Below are positions 24,215-51,019 of a stretch of 64,000 bases of DNA, one piece after another (within the stretch, counting starts at the first letter, position 1; each line of letters begins with the position of its first letter). The DNA is taken from contig MU057344.1 of the NCBI GenBank assembly GCA_013239625.1, forward strand, positions 19,799,664 through 19,863,663, written 5' to 3'. A program made the position numbers and the translations under genes. The notes under the pieces were generated by a model. The model saw only the letters and a list, made by a program, of their open reading frames with translations, had not been told where the DNA came from and made no database searches. Source of the stretch: Lama guanicoe. Its lineage: Eukaryota.

Positions 24215-24998
24215 TGAAGCCTCTGAGGGCCTGGTTGCCGGCCCCTACCTCCCTCCCAGAACAGGGAAGCTGCGATGACTGCGTATCCCAGCAGACCTCC
24301 CCCAGCCCCAAGCACTCTGTCATCTCCTGCTTTTTTCCCTAGAGCAGAACAGAATCCTTTTCCTTCTCTTTTTTTTCCCCTCCTTTCTGGGATCATCCTG
24401 GGACCTACAGGATGAGGGTGGGAGATATGGCAGAGGGGAGGGAGTTTTGTCAGAAGGAATATTGCTCACCCCACAGCTATGTGGTTAGACCTTTCCCCCT
24501 CATCCCTACCTCCCTTGGTCCTGGCTGACCCTGGTTTTGCCTACCAAAAACCAAAACTTCCTCCGCTGGGTGTTTGGTGCCCATACCCTGAGGAGTTGGG
24601 GCTCCTTCAAGCCCTCTCTAGTAGTCGTGTGCCACTCTTCCTGTCCTTCACAGCCCACAGGCAGACAAATGGTACAGTCGTCAGACCCAGTTGTCATGGA
24701 CCTATGCCTGGGGGAAACTGGAGAAGGGGCAGGGCTACCCAGCCATGGGCAACCCCAAGCCAAATGTTTGGCCTTGAACAGGTGCCCATGAGGCAAACAA
24801 AAAAAAGATTCTCCACTTGATCAAGAAAAAAGCCAATCAGCCTTTCTCCCAGAAGCACAAAGCATTCTTCCCTTCAAACACTGACTGCAGTATCTCACCC
24901 ATCCAACCTGAGTCACCTGCAGCCAAGGGCCTGAAATCTGGAAAGAAAGCTACGCCTGCAGGAGAGGACCTTGGGAGAGAGGGAAGGAGTGCTTTATA

Positions 24999-25198
24999 AA
25001 TAAACCTATAGCAATACTGAGAGTGAAGTGAGGGAGGGAGGGAGGGAGGGGAAGAGGGCTAGAGGGGCAGAGGCTGGTCCCCAGAAAGGGAAGCAGCAGC
25101 TTGTACAGTGGCTAAAAAAATAGAAAAGAGTTTTGAATTTTTTTTTAATGTAAAGTATTTTGGAGGGAAGAGTGAAATCTTTTAACACTTTGAATAAA
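24999..25198 (+). terminator. RCC1: RCC1 poly(A) signals
   Basis: AATAAA at 24999..25004 and 25193..25198; the second has T-rich flanks. Confidence 0.7.
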
Positions 25199-25711
25199 TT
25201 TAGAGTTTTATAAAACAGGCCACTTGTTTTCTACACACTCCCTGCTTTTTTAAGGGAGTACCTGCTGTATTGGAAAGGGCAGAATAAATCTATGCCTGTG
25301 GACCTGGTGAAGACTAGGAATTAAGTGATGTTGAGAGGTCCTGGTGTGTGCCAGTCAGCTGTGTTTTTATATGGAACAGTGGCTTTTCTAGACAAATCAA
25401 GAAAGAAAAGAAGAATTGATTTGACTTTTGTTTAGGTATTTATGGTTTATGAATCACTGGATTAAAAAAAAATTATACTATATAATGAGAGACACGGGAT
25501 AGATCTTTTAATATCCTAATCCCAAACCAAGATTTTTGAGTACGGTACATCTCTAAAAACACTTTTACAAAGTTTGATGATGTATCATTTCAGCAGCTGG
25601 TGTAACTGATTAAACATGATTAACTGCACAGTAACTCTTAAGACAACTTAAGCATAATGATGTAGATTTTCACAGGCAAGATTTTCATTTGAGCAAGCAA
25701 ATCATAAAGAG

Positions 25712-25926
25712 CTGACGTGTCCAGTGTGATGGTCACTAGCCACATGTGGCTATTTACAGTTAATTTAAATTTGTAAAAAATATAAAATGAATTTCCTTGG
25801 CTGCACTAGCCACATTTCAGGTCCTCAGTAGTCAAATGTGACTAGTGCCTATAGTATTGGGCTATGCAATTACAGAAATATATAGAACATTTCTATAATT
25901 GCAGAAAGTTGTAGTGGACAGTGCTG
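25712..25926 (-). mobile_element. MER3-type hAT/Charlie DNA transposon
   Basis: Internal palindromic ctagccacatgtggctat motifs; end gaacatttct...gaaagtt...ggacagtgctg. Confidence 0.8.
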
Positions 25927-28564
25927 ATTTCTGCAGAAGGTCTGTATATGTACAGCAGGCAAGTTTTATTAGTGCCAGGAAGATTTTTGGATGTCAGTGG
26001 CTCTTGAAAAAATGAATATGATGTAAAATAATTTAAAATGTATCCTGTGATTGTTTTTTTCTTGAAGTTTTAGTTTTGATGCAGGTACTGTACTGATTAG
26101 AAGTTGACTTCTTAGAAGGGGGAAAAATCACACTTCTGATTTTAATGTTTTCTTTGTAAAAGAGCACTTGTCTGTCTGTTCTTCCCTGACGCCTACTCCC
26201 CCAAAAAATCCATTTGGCTTAGATATACTGAAATTTTCCCTTTGACAATATAGCAGGTTGAAAGTACCCTATCCTTAATAACAGCCCTTGTGGGTTGGGA
26301 CTTAAAACCAGGCATTGTGCTGAGCACTTTACATACTGTAATAGCCCATTAAATCCTCACATCAGCCCTGTGAAATAGGAATTGCTGTCCCTCAGGAAAT
26401 AGTCCCTGAGAGTTCAAGTGACTCATTTGAGGCCCAGAAACTACCAAGTGCACAGACTAGGCTGGAATTTAAATCAGCCTCCACCCAAGACCAGAACTTC
26501 AATTCCTTTTCCTTGTATTGCACGTAAGAGTTATAAAGCTCTCTGTAGGTGCTTTACATGTATTAGAACAGTGTCAGGCACATAGTAAATGCTCTGTACG
26601 TCTCTGCTATTATGACTATTGCACATTTTTTACTCCCCTGTGTTTAATAACTGCCTTGTTTTTCACATGCTTAGTTTTTTGGTATAAGTATCATTAATTC
26701 ATTGCCAATGTCTCAGGAGCTTTTTTGTGTTCAAACACAGGTACTCTCAATTTTATGATTCCCCCTATCCTCCAACCTGGATTGGTTACTGCAGGCAAAT
26801 GTAATCAACCCCATGTGGCTCAGCTATAAATAATATTTACAAAGTCATAATAATGTAAATGTTCAATATTGTTTTGGCAGAAGTTATAATCAGAAGATGG
26901 AAAACTGTGTATGAGGGGCAGTCCCTCAAATATCTGTAGCTACAAATGAGAAATGTTACTTAAAAATATGCAAATTTTAGGGGGAAGATTTGGAAGTTTG
27001 CTTCAAGGGACTAGGAGTTGGGAGTAGGGATAGATGGGGGTAAGGGACAGCTGTTTATTGATTGTGACATAAATTCAATTTTTTTTTCAGTTTCTACCCT
27101 GTTCCCAATACTGTTTTGGGAATTTGATTAGAAACAAAGTGAACAAGGAATCCTTTCTGATGAAGCTTACATTCTAAATTAAAAATAAATAATTTGAAAG
27201 TTTTCCACAAGTAAAATCAATTAAAAAAATAGTAAACAAAGAGCAAAGCACACGGGCTGGCAAATAGTATTAAGTAAATTGTTCTCAGTTATAACTTGAA
27301 TGCCTTCAACTGCCATGTTGGACAACTTACTGGATGCCAAGCTTTGGGCCAAGTGCTTTCCCAACTTCTCATTTTCTCTTCACAACAAACATGGTATGAG
27401 GTAAGCACTGCTATTACCCACATTTAAACTCAGAGAGTTTAAATAACTTGCCAAAATAATTAAAGGGGACTGGGATTTGGGCTCCCATTTGTTCAAATCT
27501 ATAGCCAAAGCACCTAACCACTACACTACTACTGCAGTGAATCAGATAAAGCTGGAAATTTGGCACTTCATGGTTGGATCTCAAGACCATGGTTAGGTCT
27601 TAGACCGTAAGTGGTTGACTTTGGGGCCCAACACCCCAAGCTTGGGATGTGTAAACTGACGTGGAAGGGCATTACTGGCCCATTAGCGCAAAGGGAGCCC
27701 AGGAAACGGGTCCTCAAGCATTTGGGAGGGGCTTCACTGTCGGAGATGACAATCACCTAGGGAAGCTTCACATTCTGAGAAATGGGCATCAAACAGGGAC
27801 ACCCGGACTAGGAAGTCAAACCGTCTGGGTTATCTAATCATCAAATCGTGTTTACTGAGGGCCTTCGATGGCAGGTCACTGTTCTGGGACTGACGAGCTC
27901 CTGGAGGTTTGGGTCCGTGCAAGGAGATGGGATGCATGAAAGAGTAACAAGGCTTGGGGACTGATTAGTTGAGGTGATAGAATTTACCCTCCCTTTAACC
28001 CTCCCCTCCCCGCGTCCTAAGGCTATACACGGGAATGATGGAAGAACCCCATTCCAGCTTCAACAGAAATCACACATAAGCCTTGCAAACTGGGAAACGC
28101 GGGGTGAAGGGGTGGCTGGGATGGACCGGTCAGTCAGTAAACTGCTCGAGGGCACACAGTGAAACTGGATCGTTCAGGCTCCCAAAGGGGATCTTTCACT
28201 TTTTTTTTTAAATGTGCTTATATTTGCCATTTTTTACAATGAGCATATACTACTTTTGTAATTTTATATGTACGTGTGTGTTTAAATAAAGTCAGAAAGA
28301 AACTTGAGAAAGCCAATCAGCCGCGCCACCCAAGGTCCAGCGCGAGGCGGCGCCCGCCCCGCCCCACCCCGCTGGCCCCCGTCTGAGCCCCGCCCTCGGG
28401 GATCCGGAAAAAGCCTGAGCGGCACGCAGGCGCGGCCCTGGGCGCCGAGTTGCGGAGCGTGCGCAGAAAGCGTCGGAGGCGCATGCTCCGTGGAGATCCC
28501 GGCCCCGCTGACTAGCCACCGCGCCCTCCAGGGTGGCCGGCAAAGGCCTGGCGGGGCTTCGGGC

Positions 28565-44085
<15,521 letters not shown>

Positions 44086-44826
44086 CCAGGACAAAGGACA
44101 AGCCAGAAAGACTGTGTAAAGGAGATAAGAGACTCCTTTTTTAAAAGTTACTTGCAAGAACTTCTACCTTTTTTGAAATGTTTTGTAAGATTTTAGTAGT
44201 CAACTATTTCCTGAGATTATGAATATTTCTGCGACACTGCTGCCTTCATTTGAACATTTGAGTTTGAAAACCAAGGGACCAGTTGTTCTGAGATAAATTG
44301 GAACCTCAATCTTCATCTTTGAACAATAATCATTTATCCAGGTAGGGTTATCTACACTACTGGAGAAAAGGACATTTTGGGATTAACAACCAGAATGGAT
44401 CTTAACAGCTACTAAATCAGCTTCATAGGTGACACGCACATAAATCCTTAACGTTCTCTGGGGTCAGAGTACATGGGTAACCACTGTCATGCTCCCAAAC
44501 TGGGCAGTTTTATTTGCTTTCAGTTACTCCCTCCAACAAATTTGCTTCAAGTCTGGTGGCTAGGTAGAATTTATTAGAACTGGGGAAGTTGCGTGCCCCA
44601 TGTAAGTGCTGAGGCCAGCTTAGTCTAGACCAAAAGGCCTGCATAATTTTAGGGACAGGCCTGTGTAACCAAGCCCACCTGTTTCTTAACTAAATGCACT
44701 AACAGGTATAAACCCACTTACATATAAGGGATGGTAATTCAGAAAGATAACCTGACCTTGAAGTGTCAACCAGCACCAAACCAGATCTCCATGCTAGTCT
44801 TTTACACATTCCTACTGTGACGTGCA

Positions 44827-44832
44827 AATAAA
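44827..44832 (+). terminator. TRNAU1AP: Probable TRNAU1AP poly(A) signal
   Basis: First canonical AATAAA found after the stop; a T-rich tract follows. Confidence 0.6.
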
Positions 44833-45166
44833 TTAGGTATAATTGGAATTTTAGACTTGATCATATTGCCCCTCAGAGATCAACCTTTTTTAGTTTTTTT
44901 TATAGTTCATTCTGGTTCTCTGGATCATTTAGATAAGAAGATAACCAACAGTTCAAGGGACATGAAGAAAACTAACACAAGCATACATGCAGGAGTTTAT
45001 TGGTCACTTACATGCCAGGTACAAACATTAGCCAAAAAAAGTCATGGTTTCCACTTAAAAGAGCCTGTTGTCTCTTCCCATAGTGCTTCTCCCCTGAAAA
45101 GGAAGTGTAAGCCAGTGTGTTAGTATTTCCTCAATTAATCAATGCCATCAAGGCATTTTCCTAAGA

Positions 45167-45239
45167 GCTGGTCTCAGTCCCATATCCGCATTTATCATCC
45201 ATAGATGTCCACTCAGATTAGGTTTCATCCTGGACCAGT
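45167..45239 (-). ncRNA. SNORD99: C/D box snoRNA SNORD99
   Basis: Reverse complement ACTGGTCC-AGGATGA(C)...CTGA(D')...GGATGA(C')...TGCGGATATGGGA-CTGA(D)-GACCAGC; terminal stem CTGGTC/GACCAG; guide complementary to 28S rRNA CCCAUAUCCGCA; ends ~72 nt before the acceptor. Confidence 0.93.
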
Positions 45240-45873
45240 CAGACTGAAATCAACTGCTTGTTTCTAGCCACTCACTCTCCCCAGGGAGATATGGTTTAGA
45301 CTCCATGGTCTGAGGTTACCCAAAACAATCACACGTGAGCTCAAGCCACCACTGCACTTTCATAGCAATCAGCCCTTGCTGTAAAATGCAGGGCTGTCCT
45401 TTTCTACATTTTACTCACAGCAGAATGTGCTTTTAGCTTTAGGGTTAGCGATCTAACAGACCAAGCCACACTGGAAACATTACTTGTCCTGAGGTTACAA
45501 ACGGCCAACAAAGCACACAGGGAAGGCCAGATATAAATGAGGTATTAAAAAGACAAGACTTTTACACACAGACCTGAACAGCCTTATCTATTTGCTATGT
45601 TTAGGGGTCTCAGTAGTGATAAAACTTCAGGTGGACATTCAACTGACCCCACTCTGCAGATCCACAATCACAGATGAAGACAGTTTCACTGTTAACAGAA
45701 AAAAGAACATTCTCAATCAAGAGGCAAGAAAGCTACCAATCAATCCCTCCCAAATACAGAAATACTAGTCAGCAACCACTATGCCAACTGTCCAGACTTT
45801 CACATACAGCCTCCCTTTAACCTAAGATTAGCCGATTTTACAGGGAAAGAGGAACAAATTCTAAGATAATTAG

Positions 45874-46003
45874 CCTTGTTTGAAACTAGCCCTCATACTA
45901 GAACGGATACTAGCACTGTGAGGACAGCTTCAGTACTACTATTCCTCCTTTTACGACCACCAAGACCAGTGTTCAGATCCGATGGGAAAGGGAACCGGAG
46001 GGT
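45874..46003 (-). ncRNA. SNORA61: H/ACA snoRNA SNORA61
   Basis: Reverse complement CCCTTTCCCATCGGATCTGAACACTGGTCTTGGTGGTCGTAAAAGGAGG; H box ATAGTA; ACA+3; 130 nt. Confidence 0.93.
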
Positions 46004-46204
46004 CAAGCCATCTTCAACAGCCAACTTTACCTTATTCTAAAGATTCAGCTCCAGAAACAAGCTGGTATCTTTTAGTATCAGGCACTGCCAGTAAAATCCA
46101 GGGGGGGAACCTGTAGGAAAGAAGTGAAGTTCTAAACCAAAAAGTTGATCCAGTACACCTATCTACATGAAGTTGATGGAAACAGCTGGACCCAGGCCCT
46201 GAGA

Positions 46205-46334
46205 TAATATAGGAAAGGCGAGTGGCAGCTGCAGGTATAAGCTGACCTGCGCTGTCAAAGTCTCTCCAAGTTGCTCTTGCATGCAGTTGGAGATCCCGTG
46301 GCCACAACAAGCCACAGCCCTTGGAAACATGCGG
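46205..46334 (-). ncRNA. SNORA44: H/ACA snoRNA SNORA44
   Basis: Reverse complement GCATGTTTCCAAGGGCTGTGGC...GGGATCTCCAACTGCATGC; H box AGAGCA; AUA variant tail box; 130 nt. Confidence 0.93.
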
Positions 46335-46838
46335 TACTGACCCAACTTAGCTCCCAAATCAAGTCTCCACAAGAAACCTACCAGGTCCTGAGACTCTAGT
46401 CTCTGTCATCACTGTCGTGACGAGTCTTCACTCACCAGAAATACCAACTTCAGTCATCCTGGACTCTCCATCTGGCACAGCTAAGATGAGAACACAATTG
46501 TCCTGAATGATCTTACTGCTCCCTTCATCTGGTCTGCAGAACCAAGGTTCTGACTGGTCTTTGGTCCCAGTACTGATGTCATAAGCTTTTCAGGGCAATG
46601 ACCCAAAGCACTGCCAAGATCTGTGGCGCTTGCTGCTGGATTTTCCCAGTACAGATATCTAACCCACTCCCATCTGCCCCTCTGTGTTGGTTCTTGTCTT
46701 TGCAAGCTACTTCTCAAATGCCTCATTCTGTTAACTCTGTATGCACGAACCCACCAGTGGAACATTTCTGCTGGCCTCTGGAAACGTTTCAGTTTTAATA
46801 AGGGTCTCTGGCTATACCTGAGAAATGACAGGTACAAT

Positions 46839-46972
46839 AGCTGTCTTTTCCTGAAATGTTGCAGATCAGTTACAGCAAACAGAACGGCGACCGTCAAGGA
46901 AAATTGTCACTCTGGGCTCCTTTTTGACCACAGCAGCTATGTGGAAGCAGCTGCAGCTTCGATAAGGGCCAC
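46839..46972 (-). ncRNA. SNORA16A: H/ACA snoRNA SNORA16(A)
   Basis: Reverse complement TGGCCCTTATCGAAGCTGCAGCTGCTTCC...TTTTCCTTGACGGTCGCCGTTCTG...ACA+3; 134 nt. Confidence 0.93.
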
Positions 46973-47780
46973 AGGCAACCAAGATCATAAAACAGCCTCA
47001 ACAGCTGTCCAGACTCACCTAAATCCTGTGCATCAGGACGTGTCACCAATACATCTACTGGGACATTCTGGAGACTAAGAGAGAGAACAGACATCCTATA
47101 GGTCTCAATCACCATTTTACTATCTGCCGGTGTTTTGTCTCACTTTACCTTCACAGGATCATTTAATCATTACCTCAATTTACATAATTAGTTAATTGCT
47201 GGAAGTCGACTATCAATGGAGAAAGTGAAGTGGAGACTCAAAATAGATTCTGAGTAACCCCGTCTTTCAGAAAACCCTGTCCTTATACCCACAAGGGTGA
47301 CCAACTTAACATGTGTCGTGCAGCCAGATAACTTAGATGAAAGCAGGGAAGTCACTTGCCGAAGGTGACAAAGCAACTGTCACAGGCATCTTCAACGTCT
47401 GGCTGACCTCACCACGTGTTCTACCCAATTAGGCCACTTCAGCCCCACACCTGCCGTGAACACGGCTGGCCGCCCGCCCTATTCACCTGTCCTACCGAGA
47501 GCGCAGGGCCGCCCAGGCCGAGACGCGAGCAGGGCGCGGCCCTCACGAGTTGCGGCCGCTCTCACCGCGCAAGCGGCCAACGTTGCCTTCCCGACCTCGG
47601 CCCCACCAGGCCGGCAGGCCTGGTCCTCCCTGCCGCGCTCAACATCCCGCAGGCTCAGGAGGCAGCCCCGCCGAATGCGGCGCCGGTGGCTGCGAGGCTA
47701 AGGCCGGGTGCGGCGGAATATGGGCGTGGACGGCAGCAGGCCAAGAGTCGCAGGAGCTAAAATGCGCGGCACGCGGCAGC

Positions 47781-47950
47781 AGGAAAAAAGGATGGCTGTA
47801 CGCCGGCAGGGGGTTTATATAAGTCCTACCGCGGCCGCGCCTGACAACTGGAGCAGCGCGCGCAGGCCGCTGGGAGTTGTAGTTCGTCCGCCTTCCAGCG
47901 CGGGGCGGTGCGTTGGCTCCCAGCCCCAAGGGCCTGTGGGGCGGGGCCTT
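47781..47950 (-). promoter_or_regulatory. SNHG12: SNHG12 core promoter: TATA box, 5'TOP start, ZNF143/THAP11 motif, GC box
   Basis: On the minus strand, TATATAAA (47821..47814) lies ~30 nt upstream of CCTTTTTTCCT (47791..47781); ACTACAACTCCCAGC at 47883..47869; GGGGCGGGGC at 47938..47947; within a CpG island ~47450..47950. Confidence 0.88.
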
Positions 47951-48641
47951 TCTCTCTCAGGTGGAGGAACCATCTAAGTGATTTCTTTGGACTCCAAAGA
48001 AGCTCCCCCGCCTTGGTTTGGCATTCAGTGGTCGTCCAGTACCAGGCCTTGGGCTCATAAGTCCCGCCGTGACTTCTGGAGTTCAGTCCAGGGAGACTTT
48101 CAAAATCGGGGAGTTTACCGTTAACCTTGTGAGCTGGGAAAGGGCTCCAATCAGAGATCAGACCACGGTGGGCACGTGGAGGAGCAGCGACTGAATGCAT
48201 TTTGTGGAGGGGCTCTGTGCGGTTCTCTTGGAGAGGGGGTTTGGGGAGGGCTTCTTAGGAAGAGGCGATTGATTACTCGTAAAATGAATGCATTATTTGT
48301 TCAAGGCTTATCCCTTACGCTAATAAATAACTTTACTGAGTGCACTATGCTCGATTATCTCAGCTACTTTGCATAATAACCCTGTGTGTGGGTATTATAA
48401 TTATGCCCTTTTTCACACAGATACATAAACTGAGGAATGGGGCATCCACAGTAAGCAAACGAGGTAAGGACCGGAATCCTGGAGCCCACCCCAGATACCA
48501 CCCTCATAATCACTGTGCCGTGTGCAAGTTTTGTCCACGGAATGAGTAAGCATCAATATAAAAACAAATAGTAATTGTCGAGAATTAAGCACCTATTCTG
48601 TGCTTAATCTATTCATTAATTTTTATCCTTACATACACTTT

Positions 48642-48730
48642 TTGTTTTCTAGGGGAGGTACTGGGGGGTTGAGCCCAGGATGTCATGCACACTAAGTACA
48701 GTGCTTTACCACGAAGCTATACCCCCACCC
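48642..48730 (-). mobile_element. Diverged tRNA-derived SINE
   Basis: ggaggtactgggggttgagcccagg...gctatacccc; TSD ccttac(a/c)tacacttt at 48627 and 48731. Confidence 0.8.
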
Positions 48731-48831
48731 CCTTACCTACACTTTGAAAAATAGATGTTACTGTTTAAAATGTAGAGAAAGCAATACACCCTAAGAGGAT
48801 TAAGAAACTCTGATAACTTCCAAATGTGTTT

Positions 48832-49332
48832 TGTCGACTGAAATAAAATCACACAACATGAGAGTTGTGGGTTAAGTTTTACTGGAACAAAATGAGGACT
48901 ATAGCCTGGGAGATATCATCCCAGAAAGCTCTGAGAAACTGTTCCAAAGAGGCAGGGGGAAGACTCAGTATTATATATGATTTCAGTGAAAGGGGTATGT
49001 ACAGTCAAGCACACACTTAGGCAGAGGTTTGTTGCTAGTCATGAGGAGCAGATGTCACCGTTAATGATTTTAGTGCTTTTCTAGATATGAGGAGATGCAA
49101 GAATTGGGGCCATAAAATCTCCTGAAGATATCTAACTGAAGGCCTATTCAGCCAGTTTTCCCAGAGCACGGAGCAACTCATTCCTGACCTTGATCCTGAA
49201 CTCCTTTCAGAGAGTATTGGAAGTCAGCAGCTGCAGCGGCTCATGATTTAATCCAAGCAGAGTTAGATAGCAAGTGCCAACGTGATCCAACCCTTGTTAA
49301 GCAGATGGCAAGTGCCAATTTTTAAGTTAGCA
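48832..49332 (-). mobile_element. ERV1-class solo LTR (MER41-related, tentative), 501 bp
   Basis: TG...CA termini with an exact 4-bp TSD GTTT (48828..48831 and 49333..49336). Subfamily and orientation are from recall only. Confidence 0.8.
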
Positions 49333-49433
49333 GTTTCTTTAGCCCCACTTTTCTCCTGAGTTCCAGACCTTATATTCTGTTGCTTCCATGACGGCTGCAG
49401 TTGAATGTGGAAGCTTCTCAGAACCCAGCCTTT

Positions 49434-49503
49434 GGTGGGTGGGGTATGGTTCAGTGGTAGAGCACATGCCTATCATGCATGAGGTCCTGGGTTCAATCCC
49501 TCC

Positions 49504-49540
<37 letters not shown>

Positions 49541-49580
49541 AGGAGGAGGAGATGGAGGAGGATAAGGAGAAGAAGAAAAA
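49434..49580 (+). mobile_element. Vic-1-like SINE with long A tail grading into (GGA)n/(AGA)n
   Basis: ggggtatggttcagtggtagagcacatgcc...gggttcaatccc; ~32 A, then a purine microsatellite; TSD agaa(cc/ga)cagccttt. Confidence 0.85.
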
Positions 49581-49714
49581 GAAGACAGCCTTTCCTCCTC
49601 CAAACCTGCCTTTCCTCATCTCAAAGTCCCTAGGGTGACCCAGGACTCCTACTCTAACATCCCATTTCCAATCCATCAGCAAATCCTGTATTCACCTTTA
49701 AGATGCCTCACCTC

Positions 49715-50915
49715 TTAAAGACTTAAATGAAAGACCAGATACTATAAAACTCCTAAAGGAAAACATAGGCAGATCACTCTTGGACATAATCACAGCAATA
49801 TATCTTTTGAACCAGCTCCTGGAGTAATGGAAATAAAAGCAAAAATAATTGGGGGTCTGATTAAACTTAAAAGCTTTTGCACAGCTAAGGATACCATCAG
49901 CCAAATGAAAAGACAACCTACAGAATAGGAGAAAAATATTTGCAAATGATGTGACCAACAAAGGACTAATTTCCAAAATATACAAACAGCTCAAACACAT
50001 TAATATCAAAAAGAAATGAGCAACCCAATCAAAAAATGTTCNNNNNNNNNNNNNNNNNNNNNNNNNNNNNNNNNNNNNNNNNNNNNNNNNNNNNNNNNNN
50101 NNNNNNNNNNNNNNNNNNNNNNNNNNNNNNNNNNNNNNNNNNNNNNNNNNNNNNNNNNNNNNNNNNNNNNNNNNAGAATGGCCATCATTAATAAGTCTAC
50201 AAACGATAAATACCAGAGAGNNNNNNNNNNNNNNNNNNNNNNNNNNNNNNNNNNNNNNNNNNNNNNNNNNNNNNNNNNNNNNNNNNNNNNNNNNNNNNNN
50301 NNNNNNNNNNNNNNNNNNNNNNNNNNNNNNNNNNNNNNNNNNNNNNNNNNNNNNNNNNNNNNNNNNNNNNAAAATATAATCCAAANNNNNNNNNNNNNNN
50401 NNNNNNNNNNNNNNNNNNNNNNNNNNNNNNNNNNNNNNNNNNNNNNNNNNNNNNNNNNNNNNNNNNNNNNNNNNNNNNNNNNNNNNNNNNNNNNNNNNNN
50501 NNNNNNNNNNNNNNNNNNNNNNNNNNTTTGCCCCAATGTGGATGGACCTGGAGACTCTCATTCTAAGTGGAGTAAGCCAGAAAGAGAAAGAAAAATGCCA
50601 CATGATATCACTTATATGTGGAATCTTAAAAAAAAAAAGACACAAATGAACTTATCTACAAAACAGAAACAGACTCACAAACATAGAGAACAAACTTATG
50701 GTTACCAGGGGGAAAAGGGGGTGGGAAGGGATAAACTGGGAGTTCAAAAATTGCATCTCTTGGGGAGTGATGGAAATGTTAGCTATCTTGAGTGTGGTAG
50801 TGGTTTCATGGGTGTATACATCTATCAAAATTCATCAAATTGTACATTTGAAATATGCATAGTCTGCTCTACAGGAACCATATCACAATAAAGTTGTTAA
50901 AAAAACAAAACAAAA
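49715..50915 (+). mobile_element. 5'-truncated L1 with perfect 15-bp TSD and a chimeric 3' end (three internal gaps)
   Basis: ORF2 C-terminal text; AATAAA 50887..50892 and A tail; TSD aagatgcctcacctc at 49700..49714 and 50916..50930. Confidence 0.9.
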
Positions 50916-51019
50916 AAGATGCCTCACCTCCTCTGATGCTATCATTATTGCTGACCCAGAACTGTTCTAACTAGTCACCCTGATTCTGCCATTGCCCCTA
51001 CAGTCTGGTCTCAACACAC

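Larger units (their letters stand above)
44975..47791 (-). ncRNA. SNHG12: snoRNA host gene SNHG12; predicted exons 47566..47791, 47019..47074, 46436..46480, 46031..46110, ~45484..45688, ~44975..45093
   Basis: Four snoRNAs, one per predicted GT-AG intron, on the minus strand; TATA plus TOP start; minus-strand AATAAA at 44996..45001; synteny. Exon boundaries are motif-based predictions. Confidence 0.85.

Noticed and set aside
24212-24217. TGA-TGA at the end of RCC1 as selenocysteine read-through, given the TRNAU1AP neighbour
   Set aside because: The protein ends at its known C-terminus and no SECIS was recognised; it is a simple tandem stop.
49388-49633. Poly-K/R protamine-like ORF
   Set aside because: It is a translation of a SINE poly(A) tail and purine microsatellite.
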